Positions 23,673 to 32,993 of a DNA stretch of 45,988 nucleotides are shown here, piece after piece. Numbering within the stretch: position 1 is the first letter of the stretch; the number at the start of each line of letters is the position of its first letter. Source of the DNA: a virus. The stretch covers positions 1 through 45,988 of the IMG/VR virus record IMGVR_UViG_3300045988_087605. One strand, given 5' to 3'. Under the pieces are notes generated by a model that was not told where the DNA came from, searched no databases, and saw only the letters and a program-made list of their open reading frames with translations. A program made the position numbers and the translations under genes.

Positions 23673-24311
23673 ATGTTGTATTGTGATTGTCCTTTAGGAG
23701 CAGCACTTCCGGATATTCCCGCATTTAGCTGTCCCGGCAATTTCGGGCAAGTTCAAAAACTTGCTTTTCAGAGACTCGAAAAAACGGCAGGAACTGCAAA
23801 TACTATGGCTGCCAAAAGTATCGTAAAGTTGACTACATGGACTTCTTTACTGTCAGCGAAAGACGGTACTAAAGTAGTAGTTACGCCTTATATTTACGAG
23901 CCGACAGTAGAGGCGGGCGCTGCCCTTACTTATGGAGGCGGAAACGCAACTCCCGGAGGTATTGTAGAAATTTTAGGGTCGGAGTCGACACCGTTTACAG
24001 CTTCGTTCAAGAAGTTGCCGCAAACCATTATTAAGGCGATGAAAGCGTTAATGTGTGAAGCAGGGCAGATCGGTGTGTTCCTTATCAATGGAAACGGTCA
24101 AATCGCTTGTGATAAGACGGGTGAGGATTTTCACGGTTTCCCTGTTTGGTCGCTGTTTATCGGTGATAAGACTATCGGAGGTTTAGAAGCTCCGGATAGC
24201 AATGCTATTACGTGGAACTTCATGCCTAATTGGTCGGACAACTTCACTATCGTGAAACCTGAGTTTAACCCTCTGACTCAGTTAGTGCCTTCTACGGGTG
24301 TAGGCGGATGA
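23673..24311 (+). CDS. virion structural protein, possibly major tail (tube) protein
   Basis: 212 aa, beta-rich, with its own consensus promoter. No other tube candidate lies upstream of the tape-measure gene. This is inference only. Confidence 0.35.
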   Translation: MLYCDCPLGAALPDIPAFSCPGNFGQVQKLAFQRLEKTAGTANTMAAKSIVKLTTWTSLLSAKDGTKVVVTPYIYEPTVEAGAALTYGGGNATPGGIVEILGSESTPFTASFKKLPQTIIKAMKALMCEAGQIGVFLINGNGQIACDKTGEDFHGFPVWSLFIGDKTIGGLEAPDSNAITWNFMPNWSDNFTIVKPEFNPLTQLVPSTGVGG

Positions 24312-24583
24312 TAGCTAAAAAAACGTATATTTCCCTCAGTTGTGAAGAACTGGGGGAAACTCGTTTATTCGATATTGAACACGCTGAGAGACTTTTGGGA
24401 ATGGTTAATAATGGAGGGTGGCATATACCGGAGGACTCAGAATTTAAATTAAATGAAAATGGGAAAATCATTAGACGAAATAAGGGAGATATACAGACAT
24501 CCGGAGGGGATCAGTCAAATAGCGAAAGCAAAGGAACACGAAGAAAGAATAGCGTTTCACACACGGGTGAGAACGAGCGATGA
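24308..24583 (+). CDS. hypothetical small protein; its 3' part overlaps the portal ORF
   Basis: ATGA coupling to the upstream gene. The first ~50 aa look protein-like. The last ~40 aa are low complexity and overlap 24453..26192. Confidence 0.4.
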   Translation: MIAKKTYISLSCEELGETRLFDIEHAERLLGMVNNGGWHIPEDSEFKLNENGKIIRRNKGDIQTSGGDQSNSESKGTRRKNSVSHTGENER

Positions 24584-26192
24584 TCGTAATAAGCCAGTAA
24601 TTGACTTTCTTTCTAAGGTTAAGACGTGGATAGCGAAAGATAAATATGATATTTTCCTATCTATGTTCCATTTCCCGGTTAAAACAAATGGTGTTACTTC
24701 TGAGATATTCGACAAACTGAGCCGTGTTTTCGATGGTAGGAATCCGGTTTATAACTATCAGTTTAAATCATCAGAGGATCGTGACGACTGGGAATATTAC
24801 CGGAAGGATGTTTTAAAAGAGCCTTCGGTTTGGAGTACGGACGGTTGGGATAATTTCAAGCATAGAATTAACTCTGTTTTGGTTGTTGATATGCCGGAGG
24901 TACAGGTAGGAGAAAAACCAGAGCCGTATTTTTTTTGGTTGCCTATTGCAAACGTACTTTCTTATCGCACATGTGGGAAAGACTGTAATTTGATGGCTTA
25001 TATCATGTACGTAACGGACGAAAATAAGATCGTCTATATTGATGAAGAACGTTATGTAAGATTTGATAAAACGAGGGAAAACGACTTGATTTTAGAGGTA
25101 GACAATATGCACGATTTGGGCTATTGTCCGGCTCGTTTCTTTTGGTCTGACTCTATATCATTGAGTGAACCCGACATTAAAATAAGCCCTATAACGAGCG
25201 AACTCGACTCTTTCGACTGGTATCTTTATTATTCCACTGCAAAGAAGCATTTAGATTTATACGCGTCTTATCCGATTTATTCCGGTTATGAACGTGATTG
25301 TCACTATGAGTCACACGATGGCAAAGAACGGTGCGATGATGGTTTTTTAAAGAACGAAAAAAACGAGTGGATAACAGGTGCGGACGGAAAACCGATGGCG
25401 TGCCCGATTTGCTCAAGCAAGCGGTTGAGGGGCGCAGGCTCTTATGTTGAGATACCCATCCCGGACGAAATGCACAACGTCCCCGACTTGAAAAACCCGA
25501 TCACTATGCTATCCGCTGATACCGGATCACTCGAATATAACGTAAACGAGGAAAAGAGGCTGAGAGAGGAACTTGTAAGATCGGTAACAGGTGGAGAAGG
25601 GGAATTAAACAGGTCTGAGGCTATTAACGAAAAGCAAGTTAAAGCGGGTTTTGAGTCCTTGACTACTAAACTAAACAGAATCAAACGAGGCTTCGAGGAA
25701 GCGCAAACATTCGTAGACTCTACTATCTGTTTACTCCGTTATGGTGATAGCTTTGTTTCTTGCAATATTAACTACGGGACTGAGTTCTATATCTATACAC
25801 CGGAAGATCTTTCAGAGCGTTATAAGATCATGAAGGAAACCGGAGCGTCCGAGGCGGAACTTGATGCACTGAGGCAACAGATCATCGAAACGGAGTATCG
25901 GAACGACCCTACACAGATGCAAAGGTTATTAATCCTTAACGAGATAGAGCCTTATTCACACTTAACGAGAGAAGAAGCGGTAAATCTGTATAAAGAAAAC
26001 GTTATAAGTGAGGAAGATTTGCGAGTTAAATTAAACCTTCCTACATTTGTGCGTAGATTTGAAAGGGAGAACATGAATATCATTGAGTTCGGTTCTGCAC
26101 TTGACTATAAAAAGAAAATTGAAATAATTATTAACACTTTAAAAAAGTACGCAAATGGTTTACAGAACGGATCAGTTAGATCAACTGAATGA
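24453..26192 (+). CDS. portal protein (putative)
   Basis: 579 aa. Sits downstream of TerL and upstream of the scaffold and capsid genes. Call rests on size and position only. Confidence 0.6.
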   Translation: MKMGKSLDEIREIYRHPEGISQIAKAKEHEERIAFHTRVRTSDDRNKPVIDFLSKVKTWIAKDKYDIFLSMFHFPVKTNGVTSEIFDKLSRVFDGRNPVYNYQFKSSEDRDDWEYYRKDVLKEPSVWSTDGWDNFKHRINSVLVVDMPEVQVGEKPEPYFFWLPIANVLSYRTCGKDCNLMAYIMYVTDENKIVYIDEERYVRFDKTRENDLILEVDNMHDLGYCPARFFWSDSISLSEPDIKISPITSELDSFDWYLYYSTAKKHLDLYASYPIYSGYERDCHYESHDGKERCDDGFLKNEKNEWITGADGKPMACPICSSKRLRGAGSYVEIPIPDEMHNVPDLKNPITMLSADTGSLEYNVNEEKRLREELVRSVTGGEGELNRSEAINEKQVKAGFESLTTKLNRIKRGFEEAQTFVDSTICLLRYGDSFVSCNINYGTEFYIYTPEDLSERYKIMKETGASEAELDALRQQIIETEYRNDPTQMQRLLILNEIEPYSHLTREEAVNLYKENVISEEDLRVKLNLPTFVRRFERENMNIIEFGSALDYKKKIEIIINTLKKYANGLQNGSVRSTE

Positions 26193-26553
26193 AAGTAATT
26201 ACGTTTGCCCGCAGGATGAAGTTAAATTGTATCACGTTATTCAAGAAGTGAAAGAGTTTAACCCGAAAACAGGGCAAAGAATCAGCGTCCCGGTGTTGCA
26301 AAAATACAAGCGAAAGACTTTTGAACTTGATATTTTGCCGAGACTGCCAAGATTGGGTTATACATTGAGAGTTGTTTTCGACCCGGTTAAATATGAATCT
26401 ACAATTTCAGAGGCAAGACGAGCCGCAAGACTGGCAGCGAGAGCCGAGGCAAAAATGAAGGCAGACGAAGAACTGAGAGAGCAAATTAGACGTGAAGAAG
26501 CTGCAAAACTTCGTGCGGAGTTGAAGAAACAAAAAGAGAAAGGAGAAAAGTAA
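26155..26553 (+). CDS. hypothetical head-morphogenesis protein with basic coiled-coil tail
   Basis: Track ORF; 'EARRAARLAARAEAKMKADEELREQIRREEAAKLRAELKKQKEKGEK'. Confidence 0.5.
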   Translation: MVYRTDQLDQLNESNYVCPQDEVKLYHVIQEVKEFNPKTGQRISVPVLQKYKRKTFELDILPRLPRLGYTLRVVFDPVKYESTISEARRAARLAARAEAKMKADEELREQIRREEAAKLRAELKKQKEKGEK

Positions 26554-27470
26554 TGTTAACAGTAGATTTGCTTAGACAGAATAAAGCGTTATCGGAGCTA
26601 TCGGATGAAGTTCTTAACGCTATTTCGGAGCTTTCAAAAAACGATGAAGTGCAGACGGTTGCGGCAAAGGTCAGAGAAACCGAAAACAGTATTGCTACTC
26701 AAATGAAAGAGGCTTTTGGCATTGAAGGTGTAACCGATCTTGATTTGAAAACCGCAATTGAGTTTGGCAAAACAAAGATTTCTAAATCTGATACCTCAGC
26801 TTTTGAAAAGCAGATTAACGATCTGAAAGAAGAGCTAAAAGCGGAGAGAGCCAAAAATGGAGGTGACCGGGATACAGATAAAATCAATCAGCTTACAGCC
26901 GAGCTAAACGACACCAAGCAAAAATTTGCTGAGTTGAACAACCAACTTTCAGAGAAAGAAAAGGAGTTTAACGGTAAGTTGAACGATTACAAGATCACTT
27001 CTTACATTTCAAGCGCAATGCAGGGGATGAAGTTTAAGAAGGATATTTCAGAGCCAGTTCTAAACGTTGTGAAGCAGCAGGCGGTTAACTTGCTTAAAAC
27101 TCAATTCTCACCCACTTTGCAAGGTGACGAAGGTTCTGAAAGTCTTATTTTCATGAAAGACGGTGTTCCTTACAACAACCCTGCAAACAGTCTGAAACCG
27201 TTTACCGCATCAGAACTTCTGTCTCAACAGTTTGAGCAGTTCGGTGTACTTGACAAAGGTAGACAGGCTGGCGGTGCGGGGAGTTCCGGAGGCGGACAGG
27301 GTAACGGTAGTTTGCTTGATTTAAGCGGCTGCAAAACCAAAGTAGAGGCAAACAAGGTTGCGCAGGAGTATTTAGCTAAGAAAGGTTATACAAGCGAGTC
27401 GGAAGAGTATCAAACGGAGCTTGATAAAATTTGGGTTGAAAACAAGATCGCAGATTTGCCAACAGAATAA
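26553..27470 (+). CDS. scaffolding protein (putative)
   Basis: Coiled-coil-rich 305 aa protein immediately upstream of the capsid gene. Confidence 0.5.
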   Translation: MLTVDLLRQNKALSELSDEVLNAISELSKNDEVQTVAAKVRETENSIATQMKEAFGIEGVTDLDLKTAIEFGKTKISKSDTSAFEKQINDLKEELKAERAKNGGDRDTDKINQLTAELNDTKQKFAELNNQLSEKEKEFNGKLNDYKITSYISSAMQGMKFKKDISEPVLNVVKQQAVNLLKTQFSPTLQGDEGSESLIFMKDGVPYNNPANSLKPFTASELLSQQFEQFGVLDKGRQAGGAGSSGGGQGNGSLLDLSGCKTKVEANKVAQEYLAKKGYTSESEEYQTELDKIWVENKIADLPTE

Positions 27471-27475
27471 CTAAA

Positions 27476-27493
27476 GAGGGGATTAAACCCCTC
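27476..27493 (+). other. intercistronic hairpin
   Basis: gagggg-attaaa-cccctc, with no U-tract. Confidence 0.4.
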
Positions 27494-27521
27494 ACAATAT
27501 AAACTTTAAAACAATAGATTT

Positions 27522-28838
27522 ATGTCGTTAATTGCTACAAGAACACAGGAGTTTAGATTAAAAAACCCTAACATTGACAAAAATATGGCACGCATGACTG
27601 AATGGGGTGCGTATGACTTCTTTTTGTCTCAAACAAATGCGATGGACTCAATGCTTTCCGATGAAACGAAGCGCAGAGCATTCGCATCTATGGGAAGCGA
27701 TATTAAGATTCCCGTAATTGATTACGATAAAAGCGTAACAGTGTCAAACGCCCGCACATGCGTTATTGCAAATGCGGAGAATACTTCTCGTTTGATCGGT
27801 GTAACTTGGAAGACCTATGCTTTCGGTTTCACTATGACACCGAACATGTATTCAAACAACGAAATCGATTACCAACAGGACTGGAACAGAAAGCTACAAA
27901 AGCACATCCGTAAGTTCATGGATACCGTTGATAAGGACGCTATTGCGGCTTTGGAGGCAAACAAAACGCGAGTGTTCGGAAACTTGCTGTATTACACAAA
28001 AGAAGGTAATGATGTACAGGTGAAATTCACTCAGCGCAACGACATCCTCAGCGATTTGCACCCGATGTTCCGTGCAAACGACTATTCCGGTCAACTTCAT
28101 ATCATTGGCGACACTGGTGTAGACTCAATGTTGCGTAAACTGGAACAGCACGGTTTGTACAATGACGTTAACAAACAGTTGGAGTATGCAAACAAAGTGT
28201 TCCATTTCACCAACAACATGACTTTAGAGTCGGAAAACTTCGCTCAGATGTATGCTGTTGAGTCGGGTAACGTTGGTTTGTTGACCCGTGTAGACCGTGC
28301 AGCCTACAACAACACTAAGTCGGGCACGCATGAATTTGGAAAGGTTGTTCTTCCTTATTTCGGTAAAGAGGTTGGAACACACTACTACGAAGAAGTGGGC
28401 GATCAGTCAGCTATCGCAGGCGCAGCTACTGCCGATATGACTTGTGACGTTAAACATTTCTACGGTTTCTCAGTAGATATTGCTTTCGTAGTAGCTTTTA
28501 ACTCCGATCCTTCAACAATCGCCAACCCGATTATGAAGATCGAAGTAAACAAAGAAAATTCGCAGTTTGGCGGTACTCCGGTATTTATTACCAATGCTGA
28601 ACAGATCGGTGGAGGTTCTCCGGCTGGCGAATTATCTGTTAACCTTGCTAAAATCGGAGGTAGTCCGGTTGCTGAATCTGCTCTGAAGGTAGATTTGGAT
28701 AAAGTCAAAGGTACAGCGGTTTCGGCTACTGGTGGCGTAGTTGATGTTAAAGTCAATGCGCAGGCTGCAAATCTGAATGTTGAGGTGAAGAACTCAACAG
28801 ATTCACCCGTTAGCACAAAGGAAGTTCCGGGAGCGTAA
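27522..28838 (+). CDS. major capsid protein (putative) with repeat-containing C-terminal extension
   Basis: 438 aa. Follows the scaffold gene and is followed by the strongest terminator in the genome. Confidence 0.65.
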   Translation: MSLIATRTQEFRLKNPNIDKNMARMTEWGAYDFFLSQTNAMDSMLSDETKRRAFASMGSDIKIPVIDYDKSVTVSNARTCVIANAENTSRLIGVTWKTYAFGFTMTPNMYSNNEIDYQQDWNRKLQKHIRKFMDTVDKDAIAALEANKTRVFGNLLYYTKEGNDVQVKFTQRNDILSDLHPMFRANDYSGQLHIIGDTGVDSMLRKLEQHGLYNDVNKQLEYANKVFHFTNNMTLESENFAQMYAVESGNVGLLTRVDRAAYNNTKSGTHEFGKVVLPYFGKEVGTHYYEEVGDQSAIAGAATADMTCDVKHFYGFSVDIAFVVAFNSDPSTIANPIMKIEVNKENSQFGGTPVFITNAEQIGGGSPAGELSVNLAKIGGSPVAESALKVDLDKVKGTAVSATGGVVDVKVNAQAANLNVEVKNSTDSPVSTKEVPGA

Positions 28839-28863
28839 CGAGAAAGTAAACTAAGTATTAACA

Positions 28864-28897
28864 AAGGGAGGGGGACAAAATCCCTTCCCTTTTTTTA
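28864..28897 (+). terminator. rho-independent terminator
   Basis: aagggaggggga / tcccttccctt stem (one bulge) followed by T7. Confidence 0.8.
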
Positions 28898-28906
28898 TTT
28901 ATAACC

Positions 28907-30220
28907 ATGTACAGATTAAAGGATATACAAAAAGAACTTGCCACGCTCGTAGGATGGCGGCAGTCGTACGATAGAGACGCTAAGATAGACGAAAGTTTAA
29001 CGGTGTCCGATAGTGGTGTTATGTTTCAAGACGTTCACCCGCTTGTGACGCTAAGAAACATTGAATCTATTATGCCACTTGATTACTATTTACGTTATCC
29101 GGAGTATCGGGATACCGACACTTATAAGCCGGGTGACAAGGTAGTTTACGGCAAGGACGTGTTAACGCTTCGTCCGGACGTATGGGAGGCAATAACAGAG
29201 AATGTTGGTGTAGAGCCTTCCGATGGTGATAACTGGAAACGGTACAACCCACTAAGCGATTATTTGCGTGAATTGAACGAAAGAGCTATCACCAATACCG
29301 TTACTCGCTTCATCAATGAAAAGTTGATTGCGGGGGAAACAAAGACGCTTTTAGAGCGTACAAACTTCTTCGATGGTTCGGGGAAGATAAATAACGAGAT
29401 TGACCCTACCGATAGCATTGTAGGATATGAAATATTGCCAGTCCGTTCTATGGGGGTAACAACCAAGATAGAGAAGATAGGTTTGCAGTTTAACAAGCCG
29501 GGAAGGGTAAAACTTTACCTTATGCACACCTCACAGGTAGACCCGATTAAGACGTTCGATTTGAATTATACTAAAAATGGTTCTTATCAATGGTTTGATG
29601 TCGGTAACGATGTGTTACTCCCTTATATGTCTGAGGAAACCTCACCCGGGGGTTTGTGGTACTTGTGTTACGATCAAAAAGAATTGCCTTTGGGTATGTA
29701 TGCTATAAACGTATCTAAGGACTTTTCACGTGACCCGTGCGGTACTTGTAATATTGGAAGCGTGCAGGCGTGGAGAGAGCTAACAAAGTATATCAGAGTG
29801 TCACCGTATAGAGTTGACTCTACGCAGTCGGAGGATGGCGTAAAGATGTGGAATATAGAAATGAACATGTATACGTCTGCAATCTGCTACGGTTTAAACG
29901 TTCAATTGTCGGTAGGATGTGATATAACTGACTTTATCATTCAGTCTAAGTATGCCTTCACGCATGCCGTTTCTCTGCAAATGGCTTCTTATGTGCTGCG
30001 AGAGCTTGCATTAAATCCGAACGTCCGACAAAATGCCAATCAATTGAATATCGACCGTGAAACGCTATTGTACGAAGTTGACGGAAACTCACAGGGACGT
30101 GCGCAGGGTATCGGATACGAACTAAAGAAGGCTTTTGAGGCTCTTTCTATTGATACAAAAGGGATGGATAGAATATGCCTTTCTTGCCGGAACAACGGGA
30201 TAAGATTTAAAGCAACATGA
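28907..30220 (+). CDS. virion morphogenesis protein, function unknown (437 aa)
   Basis: Track ORF in the structural module. Confidence 0.6.
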   Translation: MYRLKDIQKELATLVGWRQSYDRDAKIDESLTVSDSGVMFQDVHPLVTLRNIESIMPLDYYLRYPEYRDTDTYKPGDKVVYGKDVLTLRPDVWEAITENVGVEPSDGDNWKRYNPLSDYLRELNERAITNTVTRFINEKLIAGETKTLLERTNFFDGSGKINNEIDPTDSIVGYEILPVRSMGVTTKIEKIGLQFNKPGRVKLYLMHTSQVDPIKTFDLNYTKNGSYQWFDVGNDVLLPYMSEETSPGGLWYLCYDQKELPLGMYAINVSKDFSRDPCGTCNIGSVQAWRELTKYIRVSPYRVDSTQSEDGVKMWNIEMNMYTSAICYGLNVQLSVGCDITDFIIQSKYAFTHAVSLQMASYVLRELALNPNVRQNANQLNIDRETLLYEVDGNSQGRAQGIGYELKKAFEALSIDTKGMDRICLSCRNNGIRFKAT

Positions 30221-30669
30221 TAAACGGTCTAATAGATAAGTTTAAAAAGGTAGGTGAGGAACTCGACACCGGAGAGATAGCAAAAAAGATTGTGCGTGAC
30301 AATGATAATATACTTATTGATATGAACGCACAAGATCAGCTATACGCCAAGGGTGTTAACCGTTTAGGTGTTCGTATAGACGAATACCAACCCTACCGAC
30401 CCTTAACTATACAAGTCAAAATAGAAAAGAGGCAACCGTATGACCGGGTAACGCTTAAAGACACAGGGGAGTTTTACGACTCTTTTTATGTTGAGACGGC
30501 AGAAGATAGGTTTTACATAAAAGCCTCAGATGAAAAAACTAATTGGCTTATAAAAAAATACGGTGCTGAAATTTTCGGGTTAACAAATGATTCACTTGCT
30601 GAGTTTATTAACGATTATGTGAAGGACGAAGCATATAACAGAGTAAAGGAGATATTAAATGAACGATAG
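30217..30669 (+). CDS. virion morphogenesis protein, function unknown (150 aa)
   Basis: ATGA overlap with the upstream gene. Confidence 0.6.
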   Translation: MINGLIDKFKKVGEELDTGEIAKKIVRDNDNILIDMNAQDQLYAKGVNRLGVRIDEYQPYRPLTIQVKIEKRQPYDRVTLKDTGEFYDSFYVETAEDRFYIKASDEKTNWLIKKYGAEIFGLTNDSLAEFINDYVKDEAYNRVKEILNER

Positions 30670-31228
30670 AGCTATAATTAGACCAAATGCGGCACTTTTC
30701 GATAAAACGATAGCCGATGTACAGGTAAGCCTAACAAAATCGCTTAAATGGCTTAATTTCGCTTTTGGGAACGTGGTTAAATTGGTAGAGAGAAACGAGA
30801 GGGGGAAATTTGTTACCCCATCAGTGTATTTTAAGGGAAATGATTATTTGCGCTTAGAGCCTGACGATAAGCGGGGTAACGTTTGCTTTTTCTACATGCA
30901 CGACTCACAAGATTATGAAGGGGGAGACTCTTTGTCTGGCTTTGGCGATCTGAGGGGGACGGTTAGCATTATCTTTTGGTTCGATACCCGTAAAATCCCG
31001 GGTGCGGAATACTACAACGTGGAGTTTGTAAAGTCCGAAATACTAAGAGCATTAACGCATGAACTTTACCTGCCATCGGGTGATATACAGGTGAGGAAGA
31101 TATTTCATGACGCCAATAATGTATACAAGGAGTTTTCTATTCAAAAGACGGATAATCAATACTACGTTTATCCCTATGCTTGTTTGCGGTTTGAGTGTGA
31201 TATTCATTGCGAAGAAGGGTGTTATTAA
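30659..31228 (+). CDS. virion morphogenesis protein, function unknown (189 aa)
   Basis: Overlaps the upstream gene and is followed by a terminator. Confidence 0.6.
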   Translation: MNDRAIIRPNAALFDKTIADVQVSLTKSLKWLNFAFGNVVKLVERNERGKFVTPSVYFKGNDYLRLEPDDKRGNVCFFYMHDSQDYEGGDSLSGFGDLRGTVSIIFWFDTRKIPGAEYYNVEFVKSEILRALTHELYLPSGDIQVRKIFHDANNVYKEFSIQKTDNQYYVYPYACLRFECDIHCEEGCY

Positions 31229-31249
31229 AGGGGGAGTTTCCCCCTTTTT
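31227..31249 (+). terminator. rho-independent terminator
   Basis: aaaggggg-agttt-cccccttt stem plus T-run. Confidence 0.7.
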
Positions 31250-31251
31250 GT

Positions 31252-31339
31252 GTTAAATATATGTTAAAACTTAAAGATTCGATTGCAATATTAAATAAAC
31301 TACTTATATTTGCAATGTCAAACAACGAAAGTAGTAACA
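31252..31339 (+). promoter_or_regulatory. early-type promoter/leader cassette located inside the late region
   Basis: GTTAAA 31252-31257, GTTAAAAC 31263-31270. ATTG 31282-31285; -7 TAtaTTTG 31305-31312. Leader AGTAGTAACA 31330-31339; ATG at 31356. Roughly 80% identical by eye to the cassette at 18780-18885. Confidence 0.6.
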
Positions 31340-31355
31340 ATTAAAAATAAAGATT

Positions 31356-31538
31356 ATGACAGCAAGTTTATTTATTCAGAGAACAGTTGAAAAATTTATT
31401 ATGATGGAATTTGTTAAGGGAAACATGGATACCAAGGAACAAGTTGATACGATGATAGAAGTTATCAAAAGAAAGTTAGACTTTTCGCATGATGAAGCAT
31501 GTGATTTTATAAGAAAAGCGATCGGAATAAACGAATAA
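31356..31538 (+). CDS. hypothetical small protein (60 aa)
   Basis: First gene behind a cassette. Confidence 0.55.
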   Translation: MTASLFIQRTVEKFIMMEFVKGNMDTKEQVDTMIEVIKRKLDFSHDEACDFIRKAIGINE

Positions 31539-31554
31539 CTTTAATTATTGACAG

Positions 31555-31572
31555 GTGGGGATAATACCCCAC
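31555..31572 (+). other. intercistronic hairpin
   Basis: gtgggg-ataata-ccccac. Confidence 0.4.
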
Positions 31573-31589
31573 TTCCTAAAATAAAAGCC

Positions 31590-32690
31590 ATGAAAGTAGA
31601 TAAGTATCTAAAGAGCCACATATATTTTGAGAGACTTAAAAGTGATATAATAACCGTGGGAAACCACACAAATTTTAAAGGTATGTTTAACGAGGAAAGA
31701 ATTGAGAATTTAGAAAAGAGAATTTCAAGAATTGAACAGATTCAAAATGCAGAATGTAATTCTGCGCAAATGGAAAGAAGGGTTCAACGTGCTTTGATTG
31801 ATTCCAACAACGAAGTAGTAAGAAGAATTTTTGATGATGTGTCCGTTAGTTCTGTATATGGTGTAGATGTATTTTCACCGAAAACCGGAGATATTCAAGT
31901 ACGTAATGCGGTGTTTAGTGGAGAGGTATTCAAACAAGCGGTGTCTAACGGTATATCCGATTATTTAAAGAAGGTAGAAGAGGATAAGACGGAAGCGCCT
32001 ACTATTGCAAGCGTGTTAGAAAAAGCACGAAGGAATGCGATGGCGATACAGGAACTTTTAAAACGAACCGAATGCTCGAACGTGAACGAAGTAATAAGCA
32101 AGTTTGAACTTGGCGTTTCTTTTAAAAAGATGTATGATGAAGAATCACGCAAAAGAAAAGAGCTTGCACAACAAAGAGAACTTCTAAATCGTGATTTAAG
32201 CAATCAAATAGCTAAACTTTCTGATAAAAACCAATCTTTGATGCAAAGTGAAAAAAGCCTTATTTGCAAACTTGCTGATAAAGAATCGGAATTAAAGAGA
32301 GTGGAAGAACTTTCAGACGGTAGATATAAGGAAGTTGCTTGGCTTCGTGGTGAACTAAAAAAGCAGGAACAGGAAGTAGAAAAACTAAAAGACGAAAACA
32401 AGCACATTAAATCGGTTAATGCGAAAAGGGTAGTAAGAACGGTTGATGCCCTTTGTCGGGAAGAGGATGCGGTAGTAGGATATTCAGATTTGAAAAAGAG
32501 ATGTGAAGAATTGGAGAGGGATAAAAAATACTTGGATATGGCAAACACTGCACTCTTGCAAGAAGATCGTAAAATTAGAGAGCATTTGAACGAAAGAATT
32601 AAGAAGCTAAAACAGAGGCTTAAAAAATCGTCTATCCGTTACAGAGACTTAAAAGAAAGCATTTCGCATAATGGTTTGAAATCAGTATAA
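31590..32690 (+). CDS. long coiled-coil protein (366 aa)
   Basis: ATG 31590 lies downstream of the hairpin (the track uses TTG 31548). Heptad-rich K/E sequence. Confidence 0.6.
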   Translation: MKVDKYLKSHIYFERLKSDIITVGNHTNFKGMFNEERIENLEKRISRIEQIQNAECNSAQMERRVQRALIDSNNEVVRRIFDDVSVSSVYGVDVFSPKTGDIQVRNAVFSGEVFKQAVSNGISDYLKKVEEDKTEAPTIASVLEKARRNAMAIQELLKRTECSNVNEVISKFELGVSFKKMYDEESRKRKELAQQRELLNRDLSNQIAKLSDKNQSLMQSEKSLICKLADKESELKRVEELSDGRYKEVAWLRGELKKQEQEVEKLKDENKHIKSVNAKRVVRTVDALCREEDAVVGYSDLKKRCEELERDKKYLDMANTALLQEDRKIREHLNERIKKLKQRLKKSSIRYRDLKESISHNGLKSV

Positions 32691-32698
32691 CAATAACA

Positions 32699-32717
32699 GC
32701 CGGGATAATATCCCGGC
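32699..32717 (+). other. intercistronic hairpin
   Basis: gccggga-taata-tcccggc. Confidence 0.4.
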
Positions 32718-32732
32718 ACAATATTAAAATAT

Positions 32733-32993
32733 ATGTTGAAAGTAGATATAAGAAATAGGATATTAAAACCAAAGGTTGGTGAGATTATAACCGTAATAGG
32801 AGATATATATACCACGGTAGCGGAAACTATACCGGACGAAAACGGGAGATGTGAGTCATGTGCTTTCAATGATGCAACAAAGGTAGGAGGTGATTGCGGT
32901 GATTTTGTGAGTTGCTCTAAACTTAACCGTAAAGATAATGTTATGTTTAAACTAATAGAAAGAAAGAGAACTAAGGAGGTTGAAAATGAATAG
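32733..32993 (+). CDS. four-Cys module protein, copy A
   Basis: 'KVGEIITV...GRCESCAFNDATKVGGDCGDFVSCSKLNRKDNVMFKLIE'. Confidence 0.6.
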   Translation: MLKVDIRNRILKPKVGEIITVIGDIYTTVAETIPDENGRCESCAFNDATKVGGDCGDFVSCSKLNRKDNVMFKLIERKRTKEVENE

